Positions 1-9,277 of a stretch of DNA of 64,000 nt are shown in pieces. The DNA lies in assembly GCA_015521205.1 (NCBI GenBank), contig WAOQ01000005.1, positions 1,701 to 65,700 on the forward strand. Reading direction: 5' to 3'. Source of the DNA: Desulfurococcales archaeon (GTDB taxonomy: Archaea > Thermoproteota > Thermoprotei_A > Sulfolobales > Acidilobaceae). The position numbers and the translations under genes are program-made. The notes beneath the pieces are model-generated. The model saw only the letters and a program-made list of their open reading frames with translations. It did no database searches and had not been told where the DNA came from. Position 1 is the stretch's first letter; every line of letters starts with the position of its first letter.

Positions 1-1
1 T

Positions 2-239
2 CGATCGTATAGTATACTGTAAAGATGGACAAGTTCTCAACCGTTAAGTTTGGGTCTCGTAGATGGAATACTGCTGTCGAGCCAGGCTGTACGTATGCAA
101 CGAACGATGTCATAGGATCCGTTGTCGGTAGAGGGTTTTCCCACCCTAGGGGTTCATTGTTTTCTGCTATTGCGCTGAAGTAGGCTGTTTGGAGTATGAG
201 GAGGACTAGCAGGGGTATGATCACATACCTTGATTTCAT
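2..239 (-). CDS. partial secreted or membrane-anchored protein (N-terminus only; continues past the window start)
   Basis: Hand translation of the minus strand from the ATG at 239 gives MKSRYVIIPLLVLLILQTAYFSAIAENNEPLGWENPLPTTDPM..., open to position 2 with no stop. It has a signal-peptide-like N-terminus. It lies directly downstream of the ABC permease and ATPase genes, so it could be their binding protein. It is absent from the ORF track because it has no stop in the window. Confidence 0.45.
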   Translation of the reverse strand, partial: MKSRYVIIPLLVLLILQTAYFSAIAENNEPLGWENPLPTTDPMTSFVAYVQPGSTAVFHLRDPNLTVENLSIFTVYYTI

Positions 240-365
240 AGTTTTGCAAACCTCCGGTGCTAGGGCTATTTGTCTTATGCTTTGGTTCCGTGTAAAAGTG
301 TTAGATGATGGAAAGACTAAAAAGTCTAGCACCGAGTTTGGGGGATGAGATTAGTATTTTTCATG

Positions 366-1472
366 TTAAAGTGGTAGTACTATTGTGTCTTCCACTGGGA
401 TATAGACCTTGAATATATCGCCAGGATGTAATATTATTGTGGGTGGATAGTAGATTAGGAGCTCCGTATCGTCTATGAGGGCTTTCACCTCTTGCCGCAT
501 TCCCGCGAACATTGTGAATATAACCTTTAACTGGAGTTCGTTGAACTCGTTTTCTCCTGGTAGGCGCGTGAAATGTTCCGGGCGGAGGACTACACCAACC
601 TTTGTTTCTTTTTGTACTGCTTCTAAATATTCTTCCCTCGTTACTCCCCACAGTTCTGCGAATCCCACGTCGACTTTTACTTTTGTCCCAGAAGTCTCTA
701 CAACCGTTCCCTCTACCACATTGCTTCTTCCTAGAAAAGTAGCCACAAACATGTTTCTCGGTCTGTTATACACTTCGAAAGGCGTGCCTGCTTGTTGTAC
801 TTTTCCCTTATTGAGAACTGCTATTCTATCGCTTATGGTGAGCGCTTCTTCTTGGTCGTGTGTTACATAAATTGTTGTTATTCCCAGCTCCTTCTGTATT
901 CTCTTTATTTCTTCTCTCATCTCCACTCGTAGTTTTGCGTCTAGGTTGCTTAAGGGCTCGTCGAGGAGGAGTAGTTTGGGTTCAACTACTAATGCTCTTG
1001 CCAGTGCAACCCTCTGTTGTTGTCCGCCACTCAGCTGTGTTGGATACCTGTTTTCCATGCCTTCGAGTTTTACTAGTTCGAGAACTCGTTTGACTCTTTC
1101 CTTTATTTCTGATTTTGGTATTTTACGTAATTTTAAGCCATAGGCTATATTGTCAAATACGGTCATGTGAGGCCAGAGTGCATAGTTCTGGAATACCATG
1201 GCTGTGCCTCTTTGATAGGGTTTCATGTACGTGGCGTCTTCTTCGTCTAGATATATTTTACCTTTATCGGGGTACTCGAATCCCGCTATTAGGCGTAGGG
1301 TTGTTGTTTTACCGCAACCGCTAGGTCCTAGAAATGTGAAGAGTTCTCCGTCTCTTATTTCGAGGGTCATGTTATCTACTGCTACAATGTTTCCGTATAT
1401 CTTGGTTATACCTTCCAGTCTTACCTTCACCATTTCATTTCCACCCCACATTTTAGAGCGATATAAACGCAT
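366..1472 (-). CDS. ABC transporter ATP-binding protein (PotA/FbpC/MalK-like with a C-terminal TOBE-like domain)
   Basis: Walker A GPSGCGKTT, ABC signature LSGGQQQRVALARAL, Walker B LLLLDEPLSNLD. An alternative start at MVKVRLEGI (1433) would remove the 20-nt overlap with the permease gene. Confidence 0.9.
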   Translation of the reverse strand: MRLYRSKMWGGNEMVKVRLEGITKIYGNIVAVDNMTLEIRDGELFTFLGPSGCGKTTTLRLIAGFEYPDKGKIYLDEEDATYMKPYQRGTAMVFQNYALWPHMTVFDNIAYGLKLRKIPKSEIKERVKRVLELVKLEGMENRYPTQLSGGQQQRVALARALVVEPKLLLLDEPLSNLDAKLRVEMREEIKRIQKELGITTIYVTHDQEEALTISDRIAVLNKGKVQQAGTPFEVYNRPRNMFVATFLGRSNVVEGTVVETSGTKVKVDVGFAELWGVTREEYLEAVQKETKVGVVLRPEHFTRLPGENEFNELQLKVIFTMFAGMRQEVKALIDDTELLIYYPPTIILHPGDIFKVYIPVEDTIVLPL

Positions 1473-3708
1473 AGCTCTGCTTGAACCCTAGCACGATTAT
1501 CATAACAGCTACCAATTGAATGATGATCAGCAGCGTGCCTAGTGCGGCTACATTATAGACGGCCTGGGTTCCAGAGATTACCATCTGCTTCATATACCAT
1601 GTAAGAGGTGCTTGTTCTTGCTTTATACCCCCCAACGTTATACTGACGCTCACCTCGGTTGTGGAGTAGATAAACCCCAGGAGTATTCCTGTAAGAATGT
1701 TCATCAATATCAAGGGTATAACTATTGATGTTATCACCTTAGCCCTACTTGCTCCGAGGTTCATAGCAGCCTCCTCCAAACTCTTATGTGTTTGTTGTAA
1801 CCCAGCGAACACGGATCGAGCCATGAACGGCACTTTTCTAACACCATAAGCGACCACTAAAACATACATAGCGTTGTACACGTTAATGCTGGTTGGGTCA
1901 AACGGGGTTCCCCTGAATGGCCAGCTTGAGTAGAAGTAGAATAACCCTACAGCCACCACTAGTCCCGGTATAGCTATTGGAAGAGTTACTAGTGCATCGA
2001 GAATCGCTAGTAGTCTCGCTCGTCCCCTGGAAACGGCGTAAGCGGCCGGTATGGAGATAGCTAGCATGAGGAGCAAGGCCAATGACGCGTATAGCAGGCT
2101 GTTCTTTATATACACGTTAATGTTTGGACTCTCCAAAATATTCACAAAATAATTCGTGGTAAACGTATCAGGCGTCAACTGCCCATAAGGAGTGAGCAAT
2201 CCAAACGTCAACAATATCGTTCCCACTTGTGGAACAGAAGCTATCATGAGAATCGAGAGTAGAATGATATAGGCGAAAACTGTTCCTATAGGACTAAGCT
2301 TCCGGCTTCTCGGCTTCCATCGACCCCCTTTCGAAATCATAGCATATTGCTTCAAGCTAACGTAACTACGTATTATTGCAAACCCCATGAGAGCGAATAG
2401 CAATAATATCATTGCAGCGGCGGCGATCTCAGGCAATACTCGTCCCTGTGTAGCCTCGTTTATGAGCCGAGAATAGATCTGATAGCTCAAGAGGTTGTGC
2501 TCGTTAAAAACTATGGGGCCGGCTAGATCTTCTAAGCTAAATATAAAGACTAGTATTGAGCCAGCGGCTATGCCGGGAAGAGCCAAGGGCAACGTTACCG
2601 TTAAGAAGAGCCTTAGCCCCTTGGCACCCAGGTTCTCGGCTTGTTCTTCTAGGTTAGGATCAATGTTTAAGAATGAAGAGTAGGAGTTCAAGTACGCTAT
2701 AGGTGTAAATGTCATTATTTGGAGGAACATCACTCCAGCCAGTCCTTGTAGATGAATTCTCCATGGAAGCAGTTTCAGGTAATCATGAAGCAATACTGAC
2801 AGGAAGCCCTCCGAGCTGAGCAGGGCTTTTAACGCGATCCCGTTCGCGAACGGTATTATGAACATTGGCACCAGAACAAGGACACGCATTATTGTTTTTC
2901 CTGGGAACTCGTATCTCGCCATAATGAAGGCTAGTATAAGGCCGAACAAGGTTGCTGTCAGCGTTACTGTAGTCGCTACGATGAGACTGTTTATGAGTAT
3001 ACCCATATTCCAGGTTATCCTAGCTCCTCCTAGATAGAGTACTGGAACGCCTCCCACATTGTCTACAACGAAGAAGTCGCCTAACGGGCGGGGTCGCACA
3101 TAGTTTGTCCCCGTGAAAACCTCTTTGATCCAGTACAGGTAGTCACTGCTTCCCTGGGGTGGGATGAAGGCGTTCTTAATTATGATCGTTACTGGGATTA
3201 GTAGGAATATCGTCATTATGGTTAGTGGCAACAAGGTAAAGGAGATCATCAATGGATCTATACGTTTTAGCAGGGGTGGTTTACGTAATTGTAGTCTCCG
3301 CCGTAGCTCTCGCTCCGCTTTCTTAACTGCCAGATATTTTTTCATATGTTCATAAATATAGCTAAGCCATAAGACGAAGTTACCGGCGGCATACGTAAGA
3401 GACGCGTAGGCTAGTGCGCCAAGAATTCCCCAGGGCCCCCTTGCTTCCATGGGAATCATGATTATGGCATAGAGTGTAGATAACATGAAAATCATGCTAT
3501 TTGTATAGTACTGGTAGATCTCACTCGACGACATCTCCTTGTAAGAGCTAACCTTCAACCAATAGTAGAGCGCCCCAAGGAATATCGCCGAAATAACCGC
3601 ATCTGAAACCCTCATATATCCTAGATAATGAGCATAATAGAATATCGCCGAGGTTACTAAGACTATAATCCTGTAGACCTTCTCCCTCGGCACATCTGTT
3701 ATTTCCAT
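1453..3708 (-). CDS. ABC transporter permease, fused double-domain type (iron(III)/thiamine FbpB/ThiP-like) with an extra N-terminal membrane extension
   Basis: 751 aa and polytopic. It has two EAA-type loops (LEEQAENLGAKGLRLF and LEEAAMNLGASRAKVI), as expected for two BPD-type permease domains in one chain. The first ~120 aa are additional hydrophobic helices followed by a basic linker (KKAERELRRRLQLRKPP). Confidence 0.85.
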   Translation of the reverse strand: MEITDVPREKVYRIIVLVTSAIFYYAHYLGYMRVSDAVISAIFLGALYYWLKVSSYKEMSSSEIYQYYTNSMIFMLSTLYAIIMIPMEARGPWGILGALAYASLTYAAGNFVLWLSYIYEHMKKYLAVKKAERELRRRLQLRKPPLLKRIDPLMISFTLLPLTIMTIFLLIPVTIIIKNAFIPPQGSSDYLYWIKEVFTGTNYVRPRPLGDFFVVDNVGGVPVLYLGGARITWNMGILINSLIVATTVTLTATLFGLILAFIMARYEFPGKTIMRVLVLVPMFIIPFANGIALKALLSSEGFLSVLLHDYLKLLPWRIHLQGLAGVMFLQIMTFTPIAYLNSYSSFLNIDPNLEEQAENLGAKGLRLFLTVTLPLALPGIAAGSILVFIFSLEDLAGPIVFNEHNLLSYQIYSRLINEATQGRVLPEIAAAAMILLLFALMGFAIIRSYVSLKQYAMISKGGRWKPRSRKLSPIGTVFAYIILLSILMIASVPQVGTILLTFGLLTPYGQLTPDTFTTNYFVNILESPNINVYIKNSLLYASLALLLMLAISIPAAYAVSRGRARLLAILDALVTLPIAIPGLVVAVGLFYFYSSWPFRGTPFDPTSINVYNAMYVLVVAYGVRKVPFMARSVFAGLQQTHKSLEEAAMNLGASRAKVITSIVIPLILMNILTGILLGFIYSTTEVSVSITLGGIKQEQAPLTWYMKQMVISGTQAVYNVAALGTLLIIIQLVAVMIIVLGFKQSYAFISL

Positions 3709-3850
3709 AGTGAACCCCTTACCCTCGTTACCCAGGCCAGGTAACCCTCTATTTGACCCCTAGCGGCACCGACACATTATAAAACTGACTCACGCAGAAT
3801 CACCAGAAGGACCTAGGCGGGGTAACATGGGCTTTAGGGGATGAAGGGTT

Positions 3851-4294
3851 TTGAAAATGTTTGAATGCATGATTGAGATAGTAAAGAAAGACTACAGGCC
3901 AGTCGAACTTATGTTATTTGCATTAGTGGGTATCCCACCAACAGTTATAGCTGTAGCGGGAAACGAGAAGGCAGCGGCGTTTTCTCTATTCTTCATCGTA
4001 TTACTTTATGTAGGATACTATGGCTTATCGAGTAAACCACGTCATGCCAACACAGTTCTATTAACTCTCCTCTTCCTAATCGGAGAATACGGGTTTCTCT
4101 TGAACACGCCAACCTCCATAAAGGTTCTACCATTGGTAATAGTGGAAGCCTCACAGATCCGTTCGACCGGGGTAACCGGGGGGACGATGTACCCGGATAT
4201 TGGCCAGTTCATGCTCCTAGTTGAAATAATCAGATTAGCAATAAAGACCCGGCTCTGCAGTCGTGAAGATATAAATACCCCGAACGAAGCTTGA
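3851..4294 (+). CDS. hypothetical small membrane protein
   Basis: 147-aa ORF with three or four hydrophobic segments, divergent from the ABC operon. I recognised no family. Confidence 0.5.
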   Translation: MKMFECMIEIVKKDYRPVELMLFALVGIPPTVIAVAGNEKAAAFSLFFIVLLYVGYYGLSSKPRHANTVLLTLLFLIGEYGFLLNTPTSIKVLPLVIVEASQIRSTGVTGGTMYPDIGQFMLLVEIIRLAIKTRLCSREDINTPNEA

Positions 4295-4326
4295 TAGGTG
4301 AATGCTAGATCCCAATAAAGTGACAA

Positions 4327-4404
4327 GCCGCGGTAGTATAGCCCGGCCAAGTATGCGGGCCTCTCGAGCCCGTGACCCGGGTTCAAATCCCGGCCGCGGC
4401 ACCA
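4327..4404 (+). tRNA. tRNA-Glu (anticodon CTC), CCA encoded
   Basis: Cloverleaf read by hand. Acceptor GCCGCGG/CCGCGGC, anticodon stem CGGGC/GCCCG with loop CTCTCGA (anticodon CTC at 4363-4365), T-arm CCGGGTTCAAATCCCGG, discriminator A, then CCA. Confidence 0.9.
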
Positions 4405-4560
4405 CACCAAACTGCGCGGGCCCCACAACAGCAAAGCTTGGCTGGGCTTTTGGCGTTTCCTTATCTTCAACTACGATCAGCTATTAGAGTAGGACGAGAA
4501 ACTGTTTTTTGTCTGAGAGCGATCGGTTTCCCATAAGCAACCACTCTTTGGGGGGTAGGA

Positions 4561-5760
4561 TTGGGAATAGTGTTCAGGTTAAGATGTATGCGGTGCAGCA
4601 GGGAATATGAACCTCATCCCTGGCTGTTTAGGTGCCCTCGTTGTGGTGGGCTTCTAGACGTGGTTTACGAGAAGATTGAATGGGAGCCTATAACCTCCGC
4701 TTTATTAGGGATTTGGAGGTATCGTAGGATGTTACCCCCTGTAGGGGATGGTGATATAGTATCATTGGGGGAGGGTGGAACCCCGCTTATAAACCTGGAT
4801 AATGTGTCTAAAACTGTGTCGATAAGGACATACGGTAAGTTTGAAGGCGCCAATCCTACCGGCAGTTTTAAGGACAGGGGGATGACGGTCGCCATATCAC
4901 TCGTCAAAAAGAATGGCATAAGGAAAGTCGTGGTTGCAAGCACGGGAAACACTGCCGCTAGTGTAGCCGCGTATGCTGCTAGGGCAGGCGTGGATGCCTA
5001 TGTCTTGTTGCCTTATGGAAAAGTTGCGGTTGGTAAATTGGCCCAAGCGCTTTTCCATGGCGCCAAGACTATAGCTGTCAAAGCTAATTTTGACGTGGCT
5101 TTGCAGGTTATAATGCGGCTTGTGAAAGAGGAAAAAGTTGTTTATCCTCTTAATAGTTTCAACCAATTTCGGCTAGAGGGTCAGAAGACTCTGGCCTTTG
5201 AGTTATACGAGCAACTTGGTGGGATGCCCGGCACCGTCATTGTGCCTGTTGGTAATGCTGGCAACATCTCTGCTATATGGAAAGGATTCAAGGAACTCCT
5301 AGACGCGGGCGTTGAAGGTGAGATGCCGACCATGATCGGCGTCCAGGCAGAGGGGGCTAGTCCTTTAGCGTCTATGTGGGAGAGAGGTTTAGAAGAACCC
5401 TTATTCACGGATAAACCGGAAACTATCGCCTCTGCTATAAGAATAGGACGCCCGGTAAACTGGCCTAAGGCAGTCAGAGCGGTGAGAGAGTCCGGTGGCA
5501 GGTTTATCAGCGTTAGTGATGAGGAGATAGCTAAAGCCCATCGGTTCTTAGCCAGGAATGAGGGGTTAGGTGTAGAGCCGGCTAGCGCTGCTTCTCTGGC
5601 TGGTCTGTTCAAGTTGTCAAGCCAGGGAGCCTCGCTTAGGGAGCCTGTTGTGCTTGTTTTGACCGGCCATTCATTAAAAGACCCCGATTCTATGATGGTT
5701 GGTGCTAATCTAGGTGAGCCTTTGGAGCCAGAAATGGTGGAAAAGGTGATCCTTGGTTGA
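4561..5760 (+). CDS. thrC: threonine synthase
   Basis: N-terminal Cys4 ribbon (CMRCS...CPRCGG), PLP-lysine motif PTGSFKDRG and full-length resemblance to archaeal ThrC. TTG start in the track; an ATG at about 4588 is an alternative. Confidence 0.9.
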   Translation: MGIVFRLRCMRCSREYEPHPWLFRCPRCGGLLDVVYEKIEWEPITSALLGIWRYRRMLPPVGDGDIVSLGEGGTPLINLDNVSKTVSIRTYGKFEGANPTGSFKDRGMTVAISLVKKNGIRKVVVASTGNTAASVAAYAARAGVDAYVLLPYGKVAVGKLAQALFHGAKTIAVKANFDVALQVIMRLVKEEKVVYPLNSFNQFRLEGQKTLAFELYEQLGGMPGTVIVPVGNAGNISAIWKGFKELLDAGVEGEMPTMIGVQAEGASPLASMWERGLEEPLFTDKPETIASAIRIGRPVNWPKAVRAVRESGGRFISVSDEEIAKAHRFLARNEGLGVEPASAASLAGLFKLSSQGASLREPVVLVLTGHSLKDPDSMMVGANLGEPLEPEMVEKVILG

Positions 5761-6725
5761 TGCTTGAAGATTGCAGAATAGCATGCGCCGAAGCACCAAT
5801 GTCGTCGGCTAATTTAGGCTCTGGATTTGACGTTGCATCGGTCGCCCTTGACGCCTTTTCCGATAGGGTTTGCGTGAAGACGTGTCCGGGGTCCGGTTCT
5901 ATTTCGACACAGATCGTTGGGCCTTACTCTAAGGATGTAAGAGGGGATAACACTGCCGTGGGCGCAGTCAAAAACATTATTTCAAAGTCTGGATTCGCCG
6001 GCCCAGTATCCGTCGAATTACGGGTTTGGAAGGGTATTCCTGTGTCTATGGGTTTGGGGAGTAGTGGTGCTTCCGCTGCCGCGGCGGCGTACGCTGCTTC
6101 CCTCGCATTGAATTTGCACCTTGATCCTATAGGGTTGGTTGAGGCTGCCGCTGAAGGCGAGTTTTTTGGAAGCGGGAGTAAACATTATGATAATGTTGCC
6201 GCGAGTGTGTTGGGCTTCTATGTTTTCATCACTTCTTTTAGCCCCTTTAATGTGTCGAGGATCGAGGTTAGATGGCCTGAATTCCTCCTAGCGGTTCCTA
6301 GGGTGGAAGCTAAAGGGGGGAAGACCAGTTTCATGCGTTCTGTTCTACCTAGCCATATTAACCTGGAAACGTATGTCCGGCAATTGGCAAGTTTGACTGC
6401 GCTGGTTCTAGGTGTTACGAGGCATGATGTAAAGCTCATGAAGCTAGGTATGAATGATGTTGTCATTGTTCCTAGTCGGTCTAGATTTGTCCCATGCTTC
6501 TCTGAGGTTTCCAAGGCTGTCGGGGAAGAGGATGGTATCGCGACGATTAGTGGTGCAGGTCCCTCCATTATTATCCTACCTCGGGAAGGAGAGTCCTCGC
6601 GGGAACTTGCTAGGAAGGTTGAAAAGGCTTATGAGAGGTGCGGGGTAGAGGTTTTGGTGAAGAACACTCGTCCTACGTTTGGCGTTAAACCATTACCTTC
6701 CAGTTTGTGGGATTCAATTGCATAA
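5757..6725 (+). CDS. thrB: homoserine kinase (GHMP kinase)
   Basis: GHMP ATP-binding motif PVSMGLGSSGASAAAAAYA. It overlaps the thrC stop by 4 nt, which suggests an operon. Confidence 0.85.
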   Translation: MMLEDCRIACAEAPMSSANLGSGFDVASVALDAFSDRVCVKTCPGSGSISTQIVGPYSKDVRGDNTAVGAVKNIISKSGFAGPVSVELRVWKGIPVSMGLGSSGASAAAAAYAASLALNLHLDPIGLVEAAAEGEFFGSGSKHYDNVAASVLGFYVFITSFSPFNVSRIEVRWPEFLLAVPRVEAKGGKTSFMRSVLPSHINLETYVRQLASLTALVLGVTRHDVKLMKLGMNDVVIVPSRSRFVPCFSEVSKAVGEEDGIATISGAGPSIIILPREGESSRELARKVEKAYERCGVEVLVKNTRPTFGVKPLPSSLWDSIA

Positions 6726-6795
6726 CAGTATTAGTTTAAAACACTTGTATTATTGTATCCCTATTTCTCTTAGAGATGGCGGGGTGAACATATCG

Positions 6796-8286
6796 ATGAG
6801 CGTGTTTTACATTACTACACCAATATATTATCCGAACGCCAGGCCTCACATTGGTCATGCATATACTACTGTTTTCGCTGATACGTTAGCTAGGTATCAT
6901 AGGATGATCGGCGATGATACTTTCTTCCTTACAGGAACAGACGAACATGGGTTAAAGCTTCAGAGGGCTGCCGAGAAAAAGGGTGTGGACCCTAAAACGT
7001 TCGTGGACGAGATGGTCGTTTACTACAAGGAATATTGGAAACTACTCAACATAAGCTATGACTGGTTCATACGGACTACCGATGACTATCACGTCCATAC
7101 GGTAGAGAAGATGATCTCTGAACTACACAGGAAAGGGCTACTATACAAGGATAGATATTCTGGATGGTACTGCGCTAGCTGTGAGAAGTATTATAGTGAA
7201 ACGGAATACGAGGTGGTCGATGACAAGCCTCATTGCCCTATACATAAGAAACCATTAGAATGGCTCGAAGAAGAGACATATTATTTCAAGTTAAGCGAGT
7301 ATCGGGATTTCATGCTAGACGTTCTAGAAAAAACCGAAATAGTTTATCCTAAAAGTTATGCTGTAGAAGTTGCTAATAGGCTTAAGAAGGAAGGGCTACG
7401 GGACGTTTCTATCGCACGTCCTAAAGAGAGGGTTAGTTGGGGCGTAGAGCTTCCTTTTGACAGGGAATACACGGTATATGTATGGTTCGACGCGCTCCTC
7501 AACTATATCAGTGCGATAGGATACCCTGATGACCTCCAGCGTTTCAATCATTATTGGCCAGCTGCACACCATGTAATAGGTAAAGACATCCTCTGGTTCC
7601 ATACGGTCATATGGTTCTCCGTACTGAAAGCCCTTGATATACCCCTCCCCAAGAAAGTATTGGTACATGCGTTTCTAGTGAACCGCGGGATAAAGATGGG
7701 TAAATCGGCTGGGAACGTGATTAGTATCGAGTACATGGTAGACCGATACGGCGTAGACGGCACAAGGTACATATTGATGAGACTCATGAACATGGCTAAG
7801 GATGTCGACGTAACCCAAGAACTCTTCGACAACGTCTATAACACTGAACTTGCAGACGTGTATGGCAATCTGATTAGACGAGTAGGCGTATTAGTGAAAC
7901 GTAAACTAAAGGGACGCCTTGAGCCTACAAGCGTGGAACAAGGTATCGCTGAGGCTATAGAGAACGCGTTAGACTCTTATTCAAAGGAAATGGAGAGATT
8001 CGATGTTTCAAGGGCTTTAGGAACGGCAATAGAACTCCTACGTAAAGGAAACGCGTACGTTAACGAGACCAAGCCTTGGCAACAAAGTGATCCTTCAAAA
8101 AGTCTTTACACGTTGGCTGAATTGATCCGGGCAGCTACGGTGATGCTCCACCCGGTGATTCCTTCTACGACTTCTCGGACAGCTGAAAGTTTTGGTTTCC
8201 CTATAACTACACCTAAAGAGTTGAGACTGGGAGAGAACGGCTATACCGTGAAAGAATCGCCTATTCTCTTTAAGAAAACAGGATAG
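6796..8286 (+). CDS. metG: methionyl-tRNA synthetase (catalytic core, no C-terminal Trbp111-like domain)
   Basis: HIGH motif (PHIGHAYT), KMSKS motif (KMGKSAGN) and a Cys knuckle (CASCEKYY...CPIH). The track ORF begins at 6679 inside thrB. MSVFYITTPIYYPN (ATG at 6796) is the natural N-terminus. Confidence 0.9.
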   Translation: MSVFYITTPIYYPNARPHIGHAYTTVFADTLARYHRMIGDDTFFLTGTDEHGLKLQRAAEKKGVDPKTFVDEMVVYYKEYWKLLNISYDWFIRTTDDYHVHTVEKMISELHRKGLLYKDRYSGWYCASCEKYYSETEYEVVDDKPHCPIHKKPLEWLEEETYYFKLSEYRDFMLDVLEKTEIVYPKSYAVEVANRLKKEGLRDVSIARPKERVSWGVELPFDREYTVYVWFDALLNYISAIGYPDDLQRFNHYWPAAHHVIGKDILWFHTVIWFSVLKALDIPLPKKVLVHAFLVNRGIKMGKSAGNVISIEYMVDRYGVDGTRYILMRLMNMAKDVDVTQELFDNVYNTELADVYGNLIRRVGVLVKRKLKGRLEPTSVEQGIAEAIENALDSYSKEMERFDVSRALGTAIELLRKGNAYVNETKPWQQSDPSKSLYTLAELIRAATVMLHPVIPSTTSRTAESFGFPITTPKELRLGENGYTVKESPILFKKTG

Positions 8287-8297
8287 AGAAATATTCT

Positions 8298-9224
8298 CTA
8301 TCTCCATCCCTTTAAGCAACTGTTTCCAGTGCAGAGGGCCCAAGGCATTCCTCCGCCATTATACGCGTATCCCGATACTTCTTTGCCGACAAAAATCACT
8401 CCTGCTGTACTTGGCCCCATCAATCCCGTGAACTCGACCAAAACCTTTTTGACATTATTGGGGATCGAACGTAGTATCCGATAAGATAGTAAAAACCTAG
8501 CTATAGTCTCCCCTATTCCTGTTGCAACTACTGCGCCGTGAGAGTCGGCGTAGAATCCCGCGCCCGGAAGCGGTGAATCACCAACTCGTCCGGGAACCTT
8601 AAAGAGGATTCCGCCAGTGCTAACGGCGGCGGCATACCGGTTGCCGTCGGTAGCGACTGCGCCGACGGTGTCTCCTAATGGGTATAGCTGGTTGTATGGT
8701 TTCGCGAGCTTGCTCTTCTTTCGTTGCTCTAAGACTTTCCTCCACCGCTCGTATGCTCGAGGGCAAGGGCCGGGGTGGGGTTCTAACTTTTCTAACGCCG
8801 CCATTATGTCGGCCTGATGTCCTGCCAGGATTAACGTGCCGGTTTTTTGGAGGATCCTATAAGCGAGTTCTATCGGGTGTAGTGGGTATGAAACGTTTGC
8901 TATACTAGCGAATTGAAGATCCCATCCTCTCATTAATCCGGCGTCCATCGAGATTTTCCCTGAAGCATCTAGTATGCTCCCCCTGCCAGCATTCAGCCAA
9001 CATGTATCTTCAAGAACCTTAACAGCCTCGACGACTGCTTCTAATGGGTTCTTTTTCTCGGATAGTATTTGGTAACCTCTGCGAGCGGCTTTTTCGGCGA
9101 CAGCAGATGCTTTTTCTCCCCAATCCCCTATGTCTACGCCTTTAGAAAACGCGCCCCCGTGGACTATGATGGCAGGCTCGTCTATAGGGTAATCTCTTAC
9201 GACTACTGTTTCTTCGTCTACCAT
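8298..9224 (-). CDS. isoaspartyl peptidase / L-asparaginase (Ntn-hydrolase, plant-type asparaginase family)
   Basis: HGGA near the N-terminus and the autoprocessing/nucleophile motif GDTVGAVATDG. The track ORF extends to 9254; MVDEETVVV (9224) is the likelier start. Confidence 0.8.
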   Translation of the reverse strand: MVDEETVVVRDYPIDEPAIIVHGGAFSKGVDIGDWGEKASAVAEKAARRGYQILSEKKNPLEAVVEAVKVLEDTCWLNAGRGSILDASGKISMDAGLMRGWDLQFASIANVSYPLHPIELAYRILQKTGTLILAGHQADIMAALEKLEPHPGPCPRAYERWRKVLEQRKKSKLAKPYNQLYPLGDTVGAVATDGNRYAAAVSTGGILFKVPGRVGDSPLPGAGFYADSHGAVVATGIGETIARFLLSYRILRSIPNNVKKVLVEFTGLMGPSTAGVIFVGKEVSGYAYNGGGMPWALCTGNSCLKGWR

Positions 9225-9277
9225 GTTCCTCCCCTCGCATGCTCCAAGGAGCAATTTTAGGGAGATTTGAAAAGGTT

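Noticed and set aside
3709-3850. Possible TPP riboswitch in the leader of the ThiP-like permease
   Set aside because: The minus-strand leader has ACCTGGCCTGGGTAAC, vaguely like the TPP-aptamer ACCUGAUCUGGAUAAU segment, and a 6-bp hairpin (GTTACC/GGTAAC). However, only about 60 nt lie between the TATA-like TTTTATAAT and the ATG, there is no CUGAGA element, and that is too little sequence for the aptamer.
4042-4470. 142-aa minus-strand ORF
   Set aside because: It runs straight through tRNA-Glu and the 3' end of the 147-aa membrane-protein gene, and shows no protein-like features. The ORF at 51987-52250 across tRNA(CAT) is rejected on the same logic.
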